Positions 44,031 through 58,288 of a DNA stretch of 64,000 nucleotides are shown piece by piece; within the stretch, counting starts at the first letter, position 1, and each line of letters begins with the position of its first letter. The DNA is from the human T2T-CHM13v2.0 reference genome, Homo sapiens: the NCBI RefSeq assembly GCF_009914755.1, contig NC_060926.1; one strand, written 5' to 3'. Both the position numbers and the translations under genes were made by a program. The notes under the pieces are model-generated. The model made no database searches. It was not told the origin of the DNA and was given only the letters and a program-made list of their open reading frames with translations.

Positions 44031-44394
44031 GTTTCTACTGCTTTCCTTGGTGAGTTATTTAGGATTTTTGTGTATCAGTCCACTCTCATCTTATGGGAAT
44101 CACTCTCCATTTCTTGTTAACTTTTTGATTTATTCTCACTAATGAATACAACATGAGAAGATACTTTTAAAATCATTTGAAATACAGACTATAGTATCTC
44201 AGAGGTTACATCTCAAGTAACTTCAGGGACAGACAGATGAATGCAGTGGGAAGGAGCTAAACTGCAGGCCAGTGTAAACATTTCTGGGGTCCAACTTAGC
44301 ACCATGACATGCCACGTGGGACCTCTCCACAAAAAGAAATGGTAAAATAGTACCTAAGAATCCTATTTTCACATGTTTTCTTATATTGAGAGGC

Positions 44395-44535
44395 CATATA
44401 GCATGATGGTCAGGAACATGAAAATGGAGTAGGGTAGACAATGGATCAAAATCCTGGCTACCTCATTTACCAGTTGTGTGGCCAAAGGCAGGTTGCTTAC
44501 TTCTGCAAAGCTCAGTTTTCACCTCTGAAAAATTT
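44395..44535. mobile_element. MIR (opposite orientation to the previous one)
   Basis: 'aatcctggctacctcatttaccagttgtgtggcc...ctcagttttcacctctgaaaa'. Confidence 0.7.
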
Positions 44536-46829
44536 TAGCAAATTGATTTCTTTTTAAAGAAATATCTATCCTTGCATTTCTATTATTCCTTTCTTAACTC
44601 TAAAGTCACCTTACTCTCTATGCAAAATCCATAAACAGGGACCTCAGTGTTTCTAATTTTCAATAGATTGCTTTGTTCAAAATTGTTAGCTATTTATTAT
44701 CATTATTATTATTTTTTATTATTGATAGTATTTTTAGCTAAGGATTTTGGTAAGAAACAGGCTAGCCTTGAACTTCATCCAGGCAGAGATGTTGTTAGTA
44801 CCAAAAGGATCTTAGAGTATGGCTGTTTCACAAAGAAAGCATTATTGAAAATTAAAGTTCAAGAAACATTGCCTATATGGTTATTTGTGGGTATTTAATT
44901 TTTAAAAAGTGATTTACTCTCCGAAAGTTATTAAAGAAATTTGGTGGCACTGGTTACCAAAAATCTGTCACAATTAAAGCAGTTGTATCTGAGTAAGAAT
45001 CACTTCATTATAGATCATCACTAAACTGTCATTAAGCACCTGCTGTGTTATTAATAATAATCCAATGAACAATACCAATCTCCTTATTTTGTTTATTGTG
45101 CATTTCTACAACTTTAAGTGACAGAACTTTTTTCCATGTCCAGTATTCTTTGTAGAATAACTACTGAGGACAAGACCAAGGCATTTGCTTTAAAAATTCC
45201 TACATATTATCCCCCTATGTCCTTTAAAAGCCTCATTTTGTACCTTGCATGGAGTAGTGTTTTGATAATTTCTTTAGTAAAACTAATGACACACTTCAGT
45301 GCTACAAATTTTTATGTAAAAGAAATACAGTATTGATTCTATTCAGTGTTGCCCATTTGTGAAAATATAACCTGATGATGTTCTAGTTAATTATCATATA
45401 GTTACATAAATGTAACAGGAAAAATGCCATTTTCTATAGTGTTCACTACGAAATTTAGCAGATCTAAATCTAGATGTTGTTTTACATTTTCCTTGTCTTT
45501 GTTGTTGGTTTATTAGAGATTCTTTGAAAGTCTTAGCAAAAAAAGAAAATTTGTGTTTTCTCAAAAAATAAACAAAGTTGATCTCTGTGGATTTATTTGA
45601 CAGAGGTTTAAAGATCCACTAATACTGACTGTGGCCACTAGTCCTAATCATGATTGTTAATCAGATATTTTGATAGAAATAGTAAGGGTAAGATAAAAGA
45701 TATGCCAGTTGGGTACTAATTACAGAATGATATAGCATTTGCATCATTTTAGAAAACAGGCCAGAAGCTATTTTTATTATTTTAGCAATTTTTATCTTTA
45801 TTAGTAGAGCAATGTTCATATAATATGCTGCATCTTGAATTTTAGGTTGAAAAAGATATCAACGTTTTTCACTAATTCATGGGAGTTGGGGGCCATGAGT
45901 TATCCATTGTTTTACTCATAACCTAGGATCACATAGTGGAATACAAAACAATAGTAATATTTTCAACAACAGCATTTTCAAAAGATTTCGTATGTGAATT
46001 TTTCCCTTTCCTTGCTCTGGTCAGTGCTAGAGCTTCACCTCCCCAGCTTTTCATCCCCACCACCATGCTGGGCCAGGGGTTACCCAAAACTGGAAGGCGG
46101 CTCCTGCTTCTTGAGATGAAACACAAAGCATCACCCCTCCTCCTGCTCTGGAGTTTCTGGCAGATGCTCCACACATGGAATAAAAACTATGTCTGTTGCA
46201 TAATTTTTAGATATTTGCTGCCAGGCTACTTGTGTTCAAAAGGAAAAAAAAAAAAAAAAAACCTCTTGTGGACCAAAAAATAATGTTAAAACTTTCAAAT
46301 GTGTGTAAAAGTACGAATTGTCTGGAGACACGTAGGGGAAACACCTACCATTCGATTGAATTGAACTGTGTGTGGGTGTGTCTTTGTGTGTGTCTTTGCA
46401 TGCACGTGCAGTGGTTTGTCTAGCCAGTTCACTATGAATAGTAGCAATACTTTCCCCAAAAGGAGATGTATGAAACAAGAAGCATTTTGAAAAAGGAAAT
46501 GCCCTATCCACAGGGCCACTTCATAACAAAACTATCTTTGATTTTCTACAGGCGTTTCTGGTGCTTGGTTACACTTCTATCCATGTTTCAAATGATTGTA
46601 ATCATAATTCATACATCATTAGTAATTTATATGTCGCTCAAATGAGTAGTTTTCTGAAGCACATCACGGTGGGCCAAAGGATGTGAACCATTAGCTGTTT
46701 CACCACCAAGGTTCTCTCCTGGAGGGAGCAGGTGGCAAAGGGGTCAACAGGGCAAAAGCGCCATCTATGTTCTTGTCTGAGAAAAGAAGAAAGGGTAACT
46801 TATCTGTAATTTTGTTTTAAAGTAGTGTA

Positions 46830-47250
46830 TTTGTTAATTCAACACATTTACTAAGAACTCTTATATGCTGGGAATCATGTTAAAAGCTGGATTTATAATA
46901 ACAATGCCCTTCCGGAGATACAGTCTCACGAAAAGTCAAGACAGTGGGAAACAGTAGGAAAAGTATTCCAGCTACTGTGGGAGAACATGACAGGAGGTAT
47001 GGCTTCAAGGATTATCAAGAAGTTCAGTGTGGGTGAGGCACAGAGTGTGAGAAAAGCCAGCAAAGAGCTGAGGTTGCAGGAGCAGTTGGGGGTACAGTGG
47101 CAGCAGATCAGATTGATATTTTGGATGATGTTTGGAGAGGGAATTAAATGAGCAAACATGAAAGCAAAGAGACAGTTTAAGAGGCAACTGTAGTAATCCC
47201 AGGGAAAAGAGATGGAACCAGGGCTTGGGCAGTTCATAACAAGTCAGGGA
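46830..47250 (-). mobile_element. L2 fragments
   Basis: 'attcaacacatttact...' end motif and 'gaggcaactgtagtaatcccaggg'. Confidence 0.5.
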
Positions 47251-47666
47251 GAATATTTAGAAGGTAGTATTAACAAAAATTACAGAAAGAAGAAAAGGTT
47301 ACCCATAACCCCACCATCAAAAGACAACCGGTATAATTCCCATCAGACATTTCTGTGTGTATATATATATTTATATATCTACATATATGTGTAATCACTA
47401 GCACATTTATGCTTACCACCTACATATTTTTTATTGTGTTGCAGAGCCTAGGTGAAGTAGATGGAGTTTATCTTCATCACTGTATATCTTTTTTGTTAAG
47501 GTTTTTTTCCCTAATTTGGTCATACCCTCTCTCTTCCAGGTGCTTGATATCTTTATTTTGTGTCACATCCATTTTCATCCAGGCATTTTTTTACTTCTAA
47601 CTTCTTTATTTCCTGTACTTATTATCAAAACCAACCCCATTTTTATAGGGTTGCTTTCCGGATCCA

Positions 47667-48176
47667 GTGGTAGGGAGAATAATGGATCTGCAAAGTTGTC
47701 ATCCCTGAAACCCGTAAATAGGTTACTTCATATGGCAAAGTGCACTTTGCAGACCTGAGTAAGGACCTCAAGATTGAGAGCTTACCTTGTAATAATACAA
47801 GCCCACCTGGATTGGCTCAAGGTAATCACAAGGGTCCTTAAAAGATGAAAGAGGAAGGCAGAATCAGAGAAGATATGAAGATCGAAGCAGGGATGTATGT
47901 GTGTGAGAGAGGGGGAGATTTGAAGATGCTATACTACTACCTTGAAGATGTAGGAAGGGGCCAAGGGATGCAGGTGGCCTCTGCACACTGGACAAGGCAA
48001 GAAAACCAATTTTCTCCTAGAGTCTCCAGGAAAAACGCAGCCCTGCAAACACCTTAATTTTAGCTCAGTCAAACCCGTTTTGGACTTCTGACCTCCAGAA
48101 TTGTAAGACAAGAAATTTGTGTTTTAAGCTGTTAAATTTGTGCTAATTCATCATTGTAGCAATAGGAAACCAGTAT
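47667..48176 (+). mobile_element. MLT1 (MLT1D-like) MaLR LTR
   Basis: 'taatcacaagggtccttaaaag', 'ggacttctgacctccagaattgtaaga', 'agcaataggaaac'. Confidence 0.85.
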
Positions 48177-48256
48177 GGATATCCGTGTTGAAACATAGTA
48201 GAGTTAATCATATTGAGGGATCAGTAACTGACAAAGATTAACATGTTACTTTTTTT

Positions 48257-48261
<5 letters not shown>

Positions 48262-48293
<32 letters not shown>

Positions 48294-48310
48294 TGTGTGT
48301 GTGTGTGTGT
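48262..48310. repeat. (TG)n microsatellite replacing an Alu tail
   Basis: Directly visible, one interruption. Confidence 0.95.
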
Positions 48311-48622
48311 GAGACAGGGTTTTACTCTGTATCTAGGCTGAAGTGCAATGGTGCAATCACGGCTCACTGCAGTCTTGACTTCCACAGCTCAAGTGATCTT
48401 CCATCTCCCAGGCTCAAACAATCCTCCCACCTCAGCCTCCTGAGTAGCTGGGACTACAGGCATGCACCACATTGCCCAGCTAATTTTTGTGGGTTGTTTT
48501 TTTTAGAGATGAGGTTTCACCATGTTTCCCAGGCTTGTCTTGAACTTTTGGGCTTAAAGCAATTTACCTGCCTTGACTTCCCAGAGTGCTGGGATTACAA
48601 GCATGAGCCACTGCACCTGGCC
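48311..48622 (-). mobile_element. AluJ with a short internal duplication
   Basis: 'gagacagggttttactctg...'; 'ctcaagtgatcttccatctcccagg ctcaaacaatcctcccacctc' repeated segment. Confidence 0.88.
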
Positions 48623-50045
48623 TATCTTTTCTTTTTTAACTCCAAGGAAAGACTTACTAATGTTAAAATTCTGGAAATCAGTCTGGTGGAGGAGATATTT
48701 GGAGTTTGGGTGCAGGCAGGTGAGTGGCAAGTGTGGGGGATGTGAGGAACTTCCTTGAAGTCCTTCTCAATACTCAGGTTCCCAGGAGTCACCTTGCTTC
48801 CTTCAAGTTTCACAGAGACTCACCAACCAGCTGAGTTCAGTGCAAGATTTGCATGAAAATTTCTTTTCAGTTATAATGGATTTTTTAAAAATGTGCATTT
48901 GTGTGCATCTATAATCTCAGTGTGAATGTGGATTCAGATACTGTGGAGCACAGTTTTACATGTTGAATTTTACTTATTTTTATATTTAAAATTGATATTT
49001 TGAATTTTGCATCAGCTTAGCTCATTATTTCCAAGGGGTTGTGCACTGACATGTCTTTGAATTATGATCTCTCCCCAAAGGGAATTTCTTGCGTCTTGAA
49101 TAAATAACAGATGTTGAATGTGAGGGAGCTGGGGCTGGAAGAGAATGCGTTTGCAGAATATGAGAGGATATTTTCTGTTGGTGGATGGAACTACAGGATT
49201 GAATAGATGTTCAATGAAATGTAAGAAATAGAAAAGCTAGAGTATCACTTGACACTTGCATTGTTTTCAATTTATTGAAAACATCATCATCCCTTTTGCC
49301 TCAGAGACACATCTGATGCAAACTCTGTCACTCATCCTTTTTTTCTACTAGTTGGAGAGGAAAAAGAAAAAAGTTTTTTCACTGTATCTTACAGGCCTCT
49401 AAACCAAAGCTTTAGACTCCAAGAACAAAAGAATATCAAAGATCTTATTGGACTGTGAAGAGAAAAGTGATCTCTTAGGAAACTGGGGCTTTATAGATTT
49501 AAATTTGCATCTGAAATTTTCCTAACCTGAAGCATAGTCAACTTTAAATAGACACAGGTGAAGCCCGCCTCTTTGATGGACTCTCCTGGTGGTGTTCCAG
49601 GACTCCCTCAGAGCATATTACTGTGATCCTCTCTGAATATTTCAGAGGATGGAAAAGTGGGGCTGGCACCAAATCAGGAAGAAGGTGGTGACAGAGTCTC
49701 AATATCAAATGACTCTAGGATGATTACAGAGGGTTGCCAGATAACTTACATTTGTATCACCTGTAAGTATACATGATCTCAGTACCTCAGAGCAATGCTG
49801 GGACACCAGTGGAGAAGACATTATAAACCCCATTTAATAACCTTGGGGATGATGCCTAAGAGATGTTAAATCGTTTATCTCACATTACAGTCTTAGTAAG
49901 TTGTAAAGCCAAATTGGCACCTTGGATTAATACTTTGTCCAAAGCTGAAACCAGCATACCCTGAACTTGTCTTTCTTCAGGAGTAATCTGCCAATGATGC
50001 CTTGAAGCCTAAACATCTGGAGTACCTAAAAAAAAAAAAAAAAAA

Positions 50046-50342
50046 GAATCCTGTGCTCCACCTCAGATCCTCTGGGTATGGAATTTGGAATTCTGTAATT
50101 TAAGTAAGTTCCCCAGGGAATTCTTTTGCGCACTAAAGTTTGAGAACTTCTAAGCCTCTGAAGTCCCTTGCTACTCAAAGTGTGATCTATGGACCAGTAT
50201 CTCACTAGCACCAGCATCACCTGGGAGTTTCTCTGTGAGAAATGCAGAATCTTGAGAAAAATTCCAGACATACTGGATCAGGATCTGCATCATAAGAAGA
50301 TTCTCAGGGATTTACAGGCACATTGAAGGATCAGAAATAGTG
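50046..50342. mobile_element. Two adjacent MER5-family (hAT-Charlie) fragments
   Basis: 'gcactaaagtttgagaact' and 'ctactcaaagtgtg...ggaccag...gcatcacctgggag...aaatgcagaatct'. Confidence 0.7.
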
Positions 50343-53300
50343 GTATAAACCTCAGCGTTGAAGGCTAATAAAATGTCTCCTAAGATGGAATGAGAAACAA
50401 TTGGGACTTGGTACATCTGACTTTTGGTTTTCCCTGAATCAAGTCTGCTGAATTCTCATTTCTCTGTTTGGCATAGCAAGGGTCAAGGGCTACACATTAG
50501 AGCGCCCACTCAGTCTTTGACTGTGTGTCAACAAGCTTATGGAAAATGCTGCTCCGCTCTCCAGACTGCAGGAGTGAGGCCCATCAGATAGGAAAACTCT
50601 AGCTATCTTGTTATCTCTGCATTCAGTCTGCTACACAAAACTGAACCCTGTGATAATCCTGATCAGCATTAAGAACTGAAACTTGAGGAAAGAGAATTTG
50701 AGTAAGTGGAAAATTCTAGAAAGGGGACCCCAGGAGGGAATGGAAGTTATCAACCAACACAGGTGCCTGGACCTCCCATTCCTGGAGAATTTCTGTTTCC
50801 AAAACTGTAATAGTGAATAGAAGGCTACCTGTTGAGCTTAAGATACCGAGAAAATACTTCTGATAATTGGCACCTACCTTGCAAAATTAACAACTTCCTT
50901 ATCCCTTTTGTGAATTTCATATTTGTTTCAGAAAATCCAAGTGTTTCAAATATTCATAAATTCCAGGGTTTAATGTCGTTTTAGTAATTAGAAGTTCATA
51001 ATGGAGAGAGAAAACAGCAGATTTCTTATACTGTTTCCAGTATGTGATTCATACATGACAGGTCACCTGTTAAAAGCTAAGTGAAATTGCCATTATACTC
51101 AAGTGGCAGGATATATTCCTGACTGACGCAGAATGAAAGGGTGTGATTTAAAGGGCCAGATAGAAACTGTGTTTCTAGTAGTTACTTGAAGAGACAGCAT
51201 ATTTTCACTTTAGTCTAAAATATTGTGATAGAAAAGAGAAATAAATGTACATGGAAATAAAACTTGTAAAAATACTGAGCAAAAATGGATTCTCAATTTT
51301 TTTTTATCAAGGAAAAGCATTGATTTACTCATGTTAAATGTTTTTCTTTAAAAAAAATTCCCTGCTTATGTAGCTCCCTAAATCACAGGAGAACCAAGCA
51401 GTCATGATGTTTCCCATAGGATCACATGATTTATATTTAATTTCAAATACTTGGTGCTTTGAAATCTTTTAAAATTAATCTTAAAGCACACATATAAAAA
51501 TAGAATGGAAGAGAGTATATTCCATCTCCTTTGAGGAAAAAGAATTCCTAACAAAGCAATCAGACTCTAGGATGCCATCAGCACACCTTTGAAAAGTGAA
51601 AGCAGACAGTATTAAACTTTTAAAAGCTTACTTTGAAGGAATGTGGAATTTGTTAATATCATTTTAGTGAGGAAGAAAAGAAGAGACTGTGTTACATTAT
51701 TTATTCCAGGATCTTTGAAGGCAGCTGCTTTTTTTCTTTTCTCAGCTGGTTTGTTTTAGTGTTAATGAGCATTAAACTCATATATCAAAGACAGAATAAC
51801 AAACCTTTAAATGTCAACCCAAAAGAGATCTTTATTTTTCTATTTGCAACTGTGAAGCAGTGAGGATAATTTAAGACACGAAAATGTGAAAAGTTACCTG
51901 AACATTTATAAAGAGAAAACTGGAAGAGGCATAAAATTGCAGAGTAGTTTTGAGAGAAAGAATTTTAACTGTGTATTCAGCACACAACAGGGAGGGAAAA
52001 GAATACTCCCTTAAGGGATTGACAAGGTAGAGTTAGAGACATGCAGTAAAAATTTAGAAATGTAGCCCATTATATTTGTCTCTGAAATGATAAGTGTGAA
52101 CATTTAGGCACTAACTTTATTGTAATGTACAAGGATGAGCTGACTGATTTGGAAAGCAAAATTTCAGGTTTACAAATGATACTAAATGAGAAAAGAAAGT
52201 AAATAATGAGCAGTCATTCAGGCTCCACTAAAGGACTAAATTGTTGCAGTGCAGTTGCTGAGGCTAACAATAGTGGATGTGCTGAGTTTAGGGCAGAGTT
52301 AAATATTCCTTTTGTAGATAGCAAGAGCAGGTCTCTCTGAATGAAGGTGTCACAATGTGCTGACTGAAAAGAGGTTTGAATTAGAAAAATCCTTCAAACT
52401 GGGTGATTCAACAAATCCAATGGAGAGAGAAAACATTATGATTCAAGAATAGAATACACACCTGGGCATAAAGGAATTCTTAGGAGTTCTTGCAGCTAAA
52501 CTAGGCTGGTTCTGAGCATGTAATTTAGGAGAAAGTTGGAATGTACTCATACAAATGAGCAGGTTATCTCAGAGAATTAAAGGTGCGCCTTCTTTCTCCC
52601 AGGACCGAAATTTTGTTACTGCTGCTTCTGTTGTTATTCTGGTTCTTCTTTACCTATCACTACTATTATTTCTAAATTTGATTACTTTTTTACTTCCTTG
52701 ATGCTTAGGTGGCCTGTGACTTTAACGGTGGAACATGAGTTGAAAGTGTGCAAATTAGGGTGTAACTGTGCAGAGAAGCCATGCAGATCACACACTCAAA
52801 GACAGATGTACATATCTACGGACTATCAGGTCACCTTCGTGACCGGACTGAAGATCACATGACACCTCCTGCTCAAACCATCTGTCATTGGGACTGATAT
52901 TCCACTATTAAAGATTCAGTTCCTGAAGACATTTTTAGGTCTTACAGTTACCCAAGTGCAGCAAATACTATAAGAGTGGTGATCTCCTATGTCAGAGTGA
53001 ACTCAATGTTAGCAGGAGATTAATGAATAATTGTTATATTTGCCTTCTTTGGTTGCTAGTACAGCTTCTCACATTTACAAACCCCTGTTCTGTTAGGCAC
53101 TCTGAATTCCTTACCCTTGATAACAAGAAAGAATCCAATAGAAAATTCACTTTGAGCTGTTAGTGATTCTTTTTATGGTTTCTGCTATCCAGAATAATGT
53201 ATCTGCAAAGAAGAGAATAGAGGACAGAAAGATGGGGTAATGCTTAACCAAACCCAAGGAATAACTTATGAAAACCTTTCAAGCAGTTTAGCACTTGCAA

Positions 53301-53809
53301 GAGAGAGATAATTTGGAATAGTTGGGAGCTCCCCTGATATTCTTCAAATAATTCTGTCTCTGTATTCATGAGTATGTTACTGGAAGGTAAGATCAATACT
53401 TTATGAAAATTACAGTCACATTTTCATAAAGGAATAGATATTTTTTCTTACAATTCAATGATTTTCTAGGTTGTCCATTTTACTCTCAACCCTCAAAAGC
53501 AAGCTGATTTTGGAGCACAAACGTAAGACATCTTTGAAGACAAATGTATTCCCCACTCCATACCAAAAAATATAATGCAATCCAAATCCAAATAATAGAA
53601 TTTTGAATAAGGTTTCTTTTGTATTTTATGTGACAGAATTTTTTCCTTTAGACTAGGTAAAGGAGGATATGTCATAGTACAAAGAATATTGATGACAGAA
53701 AATTGTAGGAAGATATAAGAACGAAGAAAAATTTTGTTGAGAAATTATTTGCAACGTTGTTTCAGAGCACAGTCATCTTTTATTTTGTTTGCTTTTAAGA
53801 ATTCTGAAC

Positions 53810-54266
53810 TAGGATGCTGCCAGGAAACAACACACTCAAACTAGGTACTTGAGGGGAATTGAATGAAGAAATCACTTATAAAAGAATGGGTGGGGCTTAT
53901 AGGGAAATTCAAAAGGGATATTGCAGTACTAAAGGGCTAGCAATAATAGGAACTGTTAGTCAACCCAGACCTGAAGGGGCAAGGAAGAAACCAGAAAGAG
54001 AATCTTCACAGCCAAGGCTATCTGACAGCCCTATAGCCTTTTTCGAAGATGCAGCAGAGAGCTGGAAAAATAAAATCCTTAGCCAGTCTCTCTCTCTTCC
54101 CATCCAGTGATTTCCTTTTCCTCTTTCTCTTTGGAAAACCCAATGGGAAGCCAAAAGTCAAGGGAGCTTGTGGACACAATCAATACAGATCAGCCCTTTG
54201 GAGCAGAGCTTGGTGGGAAAAGGCAGGGAGCAGACCTTGAGGGCTGAATGGAGGATCTCCAACACA
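53810..54266 (-). mobile_element. Ancient ERVL LTR (LTR33-like)
   Basis: 'gggaagccaaaagtcaagggagc...atacagatcagccc...gagcagagc...ggatctccaacaca' resembles the recalled LTR33 consensus. Confidence 0.6.
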
Positions 54267-55421
54267 GTTGCTCGTTGGCATTGAATCAAATTTTCATTCA
54301 ACCACTTTCAATTTTTATACCTGAATTGTTCATTTTTCCATATTTGTAGCATTTCAGCCATCTGCCCATTGGTAGTCTTTTGTTCTCATTCTGTCCTTGA
54401 CAATTTCACAAGATTTGCATTGCCTTATCACCCACTAACATCATCCCGTGGTGCCGAGTACAGCCACAGTTGCCACCGGTAGGTCTCAAATTGAGGCAAT
54501 ATTCTGACAGCTATTCCTGGATTCCACAGCTGTTCTAGAGCTCAGAAGGGCCACATTCCACAAGCTGTTAGGAAACAGCTAATGTGTTCTCAAATTACTG
54601 TTACTGAGATTTTATATCAAGAAGGAAAAGTGGGTTGGTTACTAAGGAACAGGTGAAGAGAAGAAACAATACTTCAAATTGTGCTTTAGTTTGCGCTCCC
54701 CTAGTTAGGTGCAATAAGAATTAACATGGGTAGGTTCCCCACTTTCTTCTCTCTAGAATCCTGTGATAGTCGAATTTTTCTCACTCTCTCAGCTCCTTTA
54801 GAGGGAGTGTTTTTAATTGATATGAGAGATGTTGGGTCAAGCTACAGTATACGGTAAAGGAATTGCAGAAGGGTGAAAAAGAAAACAATACTTATGTGAG
54901 GGCTGGATGTACAGGGAAAGCTGGGATAATTGTGACAAGACTGTCTGAAGCATCTGGAGTTTAATGGAAATGGACAGGAAAGCAAAGGGGATTGCTGAGG
55001 ACTATGTATTTGGAGCCTTATCATTTTTTATGTAAGCAAATATTTTGAGTTTTGGTTAAAATTCTTATTTGCTGACTACATTTCCTCAAACCAATGTCAT
55101 TACTTTGAATCAAGACTACATAGATAACAATTTGTAAAAGCTACTCTTTTGGAGGTTGTGGGACATAATTCTAGATCTTAGATAGGCACAGAGCTGTCCA
55201 AGTCATCTCTCTAGACCCACAGCTGAGAGATTATGTACCATAACTGCCAAATTGTTAGAACAATTTTGGAAAGATGAATGACGTGTATTGGTAGAAAGAG
55301 ATATTGTGCTTGAATTAGTGGTTATTGGAAAAATTAAAGAAAATCATGAAGATCACACTGATATTAATTATAAAATTTTGAAATAATCAATCTTATGATA
55401 ATTCATTAAATTAAGAGTATA

Positions 55422-55868
<447 letters not shown>

Positions 55869-55899
55869 CTAGTTCCTTAAGAAATTTTAAATTATTTTA

Positions 55900-56375
55900 A
55901 AATTATTTTATTTATGTAATTGACAAATAAAAGGTGTATATATGTATTGTGTACACATTGGTTTGATAGATATATAATTGTGAAATGGCTAATTCAAGCT
56001 AATGTATATATTACCTTATATATTTATTATCTTTTTGTGGTGAGAAGAGTTAAAATCTACTCTCTTAGCAATTTTTAAGAATACGATATGTACATTGTTA
56101 TTAACTATAGTCATGGTGTTGAACAGTAGATCTCTTGAACTTATTCTTCCTGTGTAACAGGAACTTTGTATCCTTTGTACCAAGATCTCTTCACCACATC
56201 CACCACCCCAGTTCTCTGCTTCCACGAGTTCTAAAAGTTCACACATAAGTGAGGTTATATGGTCTTTGTCTTTCTGTTTCTGGCTTATTTCACTTAACAT
56301 AATGTCCTCCAGGTTTATCCATGTTGTCATAAATGACAGGATTTCCTGCTTTTTTAAGGTTGAATAGTATTCCAC

Positions 56376-56415
<40 letters not shown>

Positions 56416-58288
56416 GTATATCACATTTTCTTTATCTATTCCTTTGCTGATAAACACTTAGGTTGATTCCATATCTTGGCTATTATGAATAAGACTGCAA
56501 TGAACATGGAAGTACAGGTATTTCCTTGACATAATCAATTTCTTATTCTTTGGCTATATACTCAGTAATGGTAAACCTGGATCGTATGGTAGTTACGTTA
56601 TACTTTTAGTTTTTTGAGACATCTCCATACTGTTTTCATAATGGCTGTACTAATTTATATTCCCACCAAAAAGTGTGCAACAGCTCTCTTTTCTCCCCAT
56701 CCTCATCAATGTTATCTTTTGTCATTTTGATAATAGCCATTCTAACAGGTGTGAGGTTTTAACGGGTGTGAGCTCACTGTGCTTTTAATTCACATTTCCT
56801 TGTTATATTGAGCATTTTTTTTACATACTTGTTAACTATTTGTATGTCTTCTTTTGAGATATGTGTATACAGTTTCTTTGCCTATTTTTAAATCAGGGTT
56901 TTGTTTTTGTTTTTGTTTTTTTACTATCAAGTTGTTTTGATTTCCTTATATATTTTGGATATTAACCCCTTATCAGATATATGGTTTGCAAATATTATTT
57001 TCACATTCCGTAAGTTGTCGTCTCTTCAGTCTGTTGATTGTTTTCTTGGCTGTTCAGAAGCTTTTTAGTTCTATGTAATCCCATTTGTCTATTTTTGCTT
57101 TTAAGTTCATATGCAGAAAAGTAATTGCCCAGACCAATGTCATGGAAATTTTCCCGTGTTTTCTTCTAGTAGTTTTACAACTTCAGGTCTTACAGTTAAG
57201 ACTTTAATTCATTTTGAGTTGATTTTTTTGTATATGTTATGAGATTATTCTTCTGTATAAAGCTATTCAGTTGTTCCAACACCATTTATTGAAGAGCTTA
57301 TCCTTTCCTAAATGTGTGTTCTTGGTTCCTTTGTAGAAAGTCAACTAACTGTAAATGCATGAGTTTATTTCTGGGCTCTCTATTCTGTTCCATTGGTTTG
57401 TGTGTCTTTTTTAAAAGGCCAATACCATGTGTTTTTGATTACTATAGCTTTGTAGTATATTTTGAAGTCAGGTAGTGTGATGCCTCCAGCTTTGTTCTTG
57501 CAGAAGATTGGTTTGGTTGTTTGGAGTCATTAATAGTTCTATACATATTTTGATTGTTTTATCTATTTCTGTGAAAAATGTTATTGGAATTTTGATAAGG
57601 ATTGCATTGAATCTGTAGACTTCTTTGGGTAATATGGCCATTTTTACAATATTAATTCTGGAAATTCATGAACACAGGATATCTTTCCACTTACTTGCAT
57701 TTTCTTCCATTTTTTTTTATCAGTGTTTTATATTTTTTAGTGTACAGGTCTTTCACCTCCTTGGTGAAATTTGCTCCTAAGTTATTTTATTATTAGTTGG
57801 TGTAGCTATTACAAATGAGACTGTTCCCCTGATTTCTTTTTTTGGAAAGTTCATTGTTAGTGTAGAGAAATACTACTTATTTTTGTATGTTGATTTTGTA
57901 TCCTGCTGCTTCATTAAACATGTTGAATATATTCATTCTTTCTAACACTTTTGGATGGAGTATTTATGGTTTTCTATGTATAAGAGCATATTGTCTGCAA
58001 ACAGACAGTCAACTATTTTGCAATTTAGATACCTTTTGTTTCTTTCTCTTGCCTATTTTCTCTGGCTAGGATTTCTGGTACTATGTTGAATAGAAGTGGT
58101 AAGAGTAGGCATCCTTGTCTTGGTCCTGATTTTGGAGGAAAAAACTTTTAACTTTTCAAAGTTGAGAATAATGTTAGCTGTGGGCTTGTCATATATGACC
58201 TTTATTGTGTTGAGGTACATTCCTTCTATACTTAATTTATGGAGAGGTTTTTTCATGAAAAATATATTGAATTTTGTCAAGATTTTTT
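55900..58288 (-). mobile_element. 5'-truncated L1MA (L1MA7-9-like)
   Basis: 3'UTR 'aaaatctactctcttagcaattttt', 'tagatctcttgaacttatt'; ORF2 remnants [12 protein letters not shown] and WINLEDIMLSEISQ. Confidence 0.88.
56378..56412. repeat. (TG)n microsatellite
   Basis: Directly visible. Confidence 0.95.

Noticed and set aside
45936-46519. Overlapping 63-115 aa ORFs in unique DNA
   Set aside because: No recognisable domain or splice structure; they run through poly-A and TG-rich low-complexity sequence.
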